Of a stretch of DNA of 64,000 bases, positions 63,476-64,000 are shown in pieces. The first letter of the stretch is position 1, and every line of letters starts with the position of its first letter. The stretch lies in contig CACYLI010000007.1 of NCBI GenBank assembly GCA_902775285.1, positions 5,533 to 69,532 of the forward strand, written 5' to 3'. The DNA is from an uncultured Erysipelotrichaceae bacterium. GTDB lineage: Bacteria > Bacillota_I > Bacilli_A > RF39 > UBA660. Position numbers and translations under genes: made by a program. The notes below the pieces were generated by a model. It was not told where the DNA came from, did not search any database, and worked only from the letters and a program-made list of their open reading frames with translations.

Positions 63476-64000
63476 ATGAAAAAAACATATTACACATTAG
63501 AAGTAGTTTGCCACAAAGATAATTGTAAAGATACTAGACTCGCTTTTAATCAAAATAATTATTTTTGTGCTCCACTTTCAAGAAAAGTATTTGTAAGCAA
63601 TGAAGGGCCAAGTGCAAGATATGATAAACAAAGTGTTAATTTGTTTAGTTTAAAAAATATAAGTGAATTAAAATTACCACAAGATATTGATTCTTATTCA
63701 CTTGTTTTATTTAAGAAAACTAATTATATAAGTAATAATTCTACTATTACAATGATTGATAGTGAAAAAGAAATTGTAAAAGTTGGATCTAATTTGTTTA
63801 TATATGACGCAAAATGTGATATAGTTAATCTTACGGGTAAAAATGAATATAATTTATTACTTAATAAATATGCATCAATGATAAGACTATATATGTTAAA
63901 ACAAGAAAAGAAAAAAATAAAAGAAATAAGTGAGATAGAGTTAGAAAGTATAAGTGTTCTAAATAATAATGAATATTTTGAAAAAGAGAAATCATTAAAA
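63476..64000 (+). CDS. hypothetical protein, 5' part (runs off window end)
   Basis: ATG 63476 follows GAGGGG and an extended -10 (TGATATAAT). The frame is open for 175 codons to the window end. No family recognised. Confidence 0.5.
   Translation, partial: MKKTYYTLEVVCHKDNCKDTRLAFNQNNYFCAPLSRKVFVSNEGPSARYDKQSVNLFSLKNISELKLPQDIDSYSLVLFKKTNYISNNSTITMIDSEKEIVKVGSNLFIYDAKCDIVNLTGKNEYNLLLNKYASMIRLYMLKQEKKKIKEISEIELESISVLNNNEYFEKEKSLK

Noticed and set aside
1-64000. Possibility of Mollicutes-type genetic code 4 (TGA = Trp), given the extreme AT content.
   Set aside because: TGA terminates well-conserved proteins at their expected lengths (ARH 32433-35, rbgA 34076-78, the 46907 gene). Trp positions in conserved motifs are TGG. 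Cell-wall genes (SEDS, LCP) and sporulation genes are present.
1-64000. Search for tRNA, rRNA, tmRNA, transposase, integrase, phage or plasmid modules and known defence systems (restriction-modification, CRISPR-Cas, CBASS, toxin-antitoxin pairs).
   Set aside because: I recognised none by eye in any intergenic region or ORF. The accessory cassettes at 31.4-33.2 kb therefore have no visible recombinase, and the mobile-element interpretation remains unproven.

Overview
This is a very AT-rich chromosomal segment from a spore-forming, cell-walled, low-GC Bacillota organism. Gene order resembles Bacillus and Clostridium. It uses the standard code 11: TGA acts as a stop (ARH gene at 32433-35, rbgA at 34076-78) and Trp is TGG. 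I support about 60 protein-coding genes, nearly all on the + strand, and I saw no rRNA, tRNA, CRISPR array, transposase or integrase by eye.

Core genes:
- Replication, repair and nucleotide metabolism: relA (3' end), dtd, mutS, rnhC, tmk-thyA-folA, rnhB.
- Envelope and ribosome: an FtsW/RodA-family gene, rplS, lepB, rbgA, rplU-prp-rpmA.
- Redox, transport and proteolysis: an NfnAB/SudAB-like pair, two P-type ATPases (one is CopA), lon.
- Sporulation-associated: spoVID/ysxE-like, ylbJ/ylbL-like, radC, spoIVFA/spoIVFB-like, CotZ/CotY-like, YjcZ-like.
- A compact galactofuranose glycopolymer cluster (sugar transferase, DUF4422, wzx, glf, DUF3048, LCP).

Most interesting non-core content:
1. Three paralogous loci (5901-8187, 23781-27473, 59020-61059) encode alpha/beta-hydrolase-like proteins with no signal peptide. 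Each is joined to a shared ~200-aa helical LXG-like module placed C-terminal to the enzyme, the reverse of classical T7SS LXG toxins. One locus has the module as a separate upstream gene. Another is a 1230-aa tail-anchored giant with novel tandem repeats.
2. Two adjacent accessory genes (an ADP-ribosylglycohydrolase and a transglutaminase/papain-like protein) each sit behind a copy of the same ~140-bp promoter/leader element. Truncated 5' gene stubs mark the junctions, including a 29-nt duplicate of the rbgA start.
3. A pair of very large prepilin-like proteins; one carries choline-binding-type cell-wall repeats.
4. A tandem metallophosphoesterase with one degenerate active site, a RadC fusion, and an anthrax-LF-like metallopeptidase fused to LRRs.

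All family assignments come from motif recognition by eye and were not checked by HMM or BLAST. Hairpin and promoter coordinates are approximate (about +/-3 nt).
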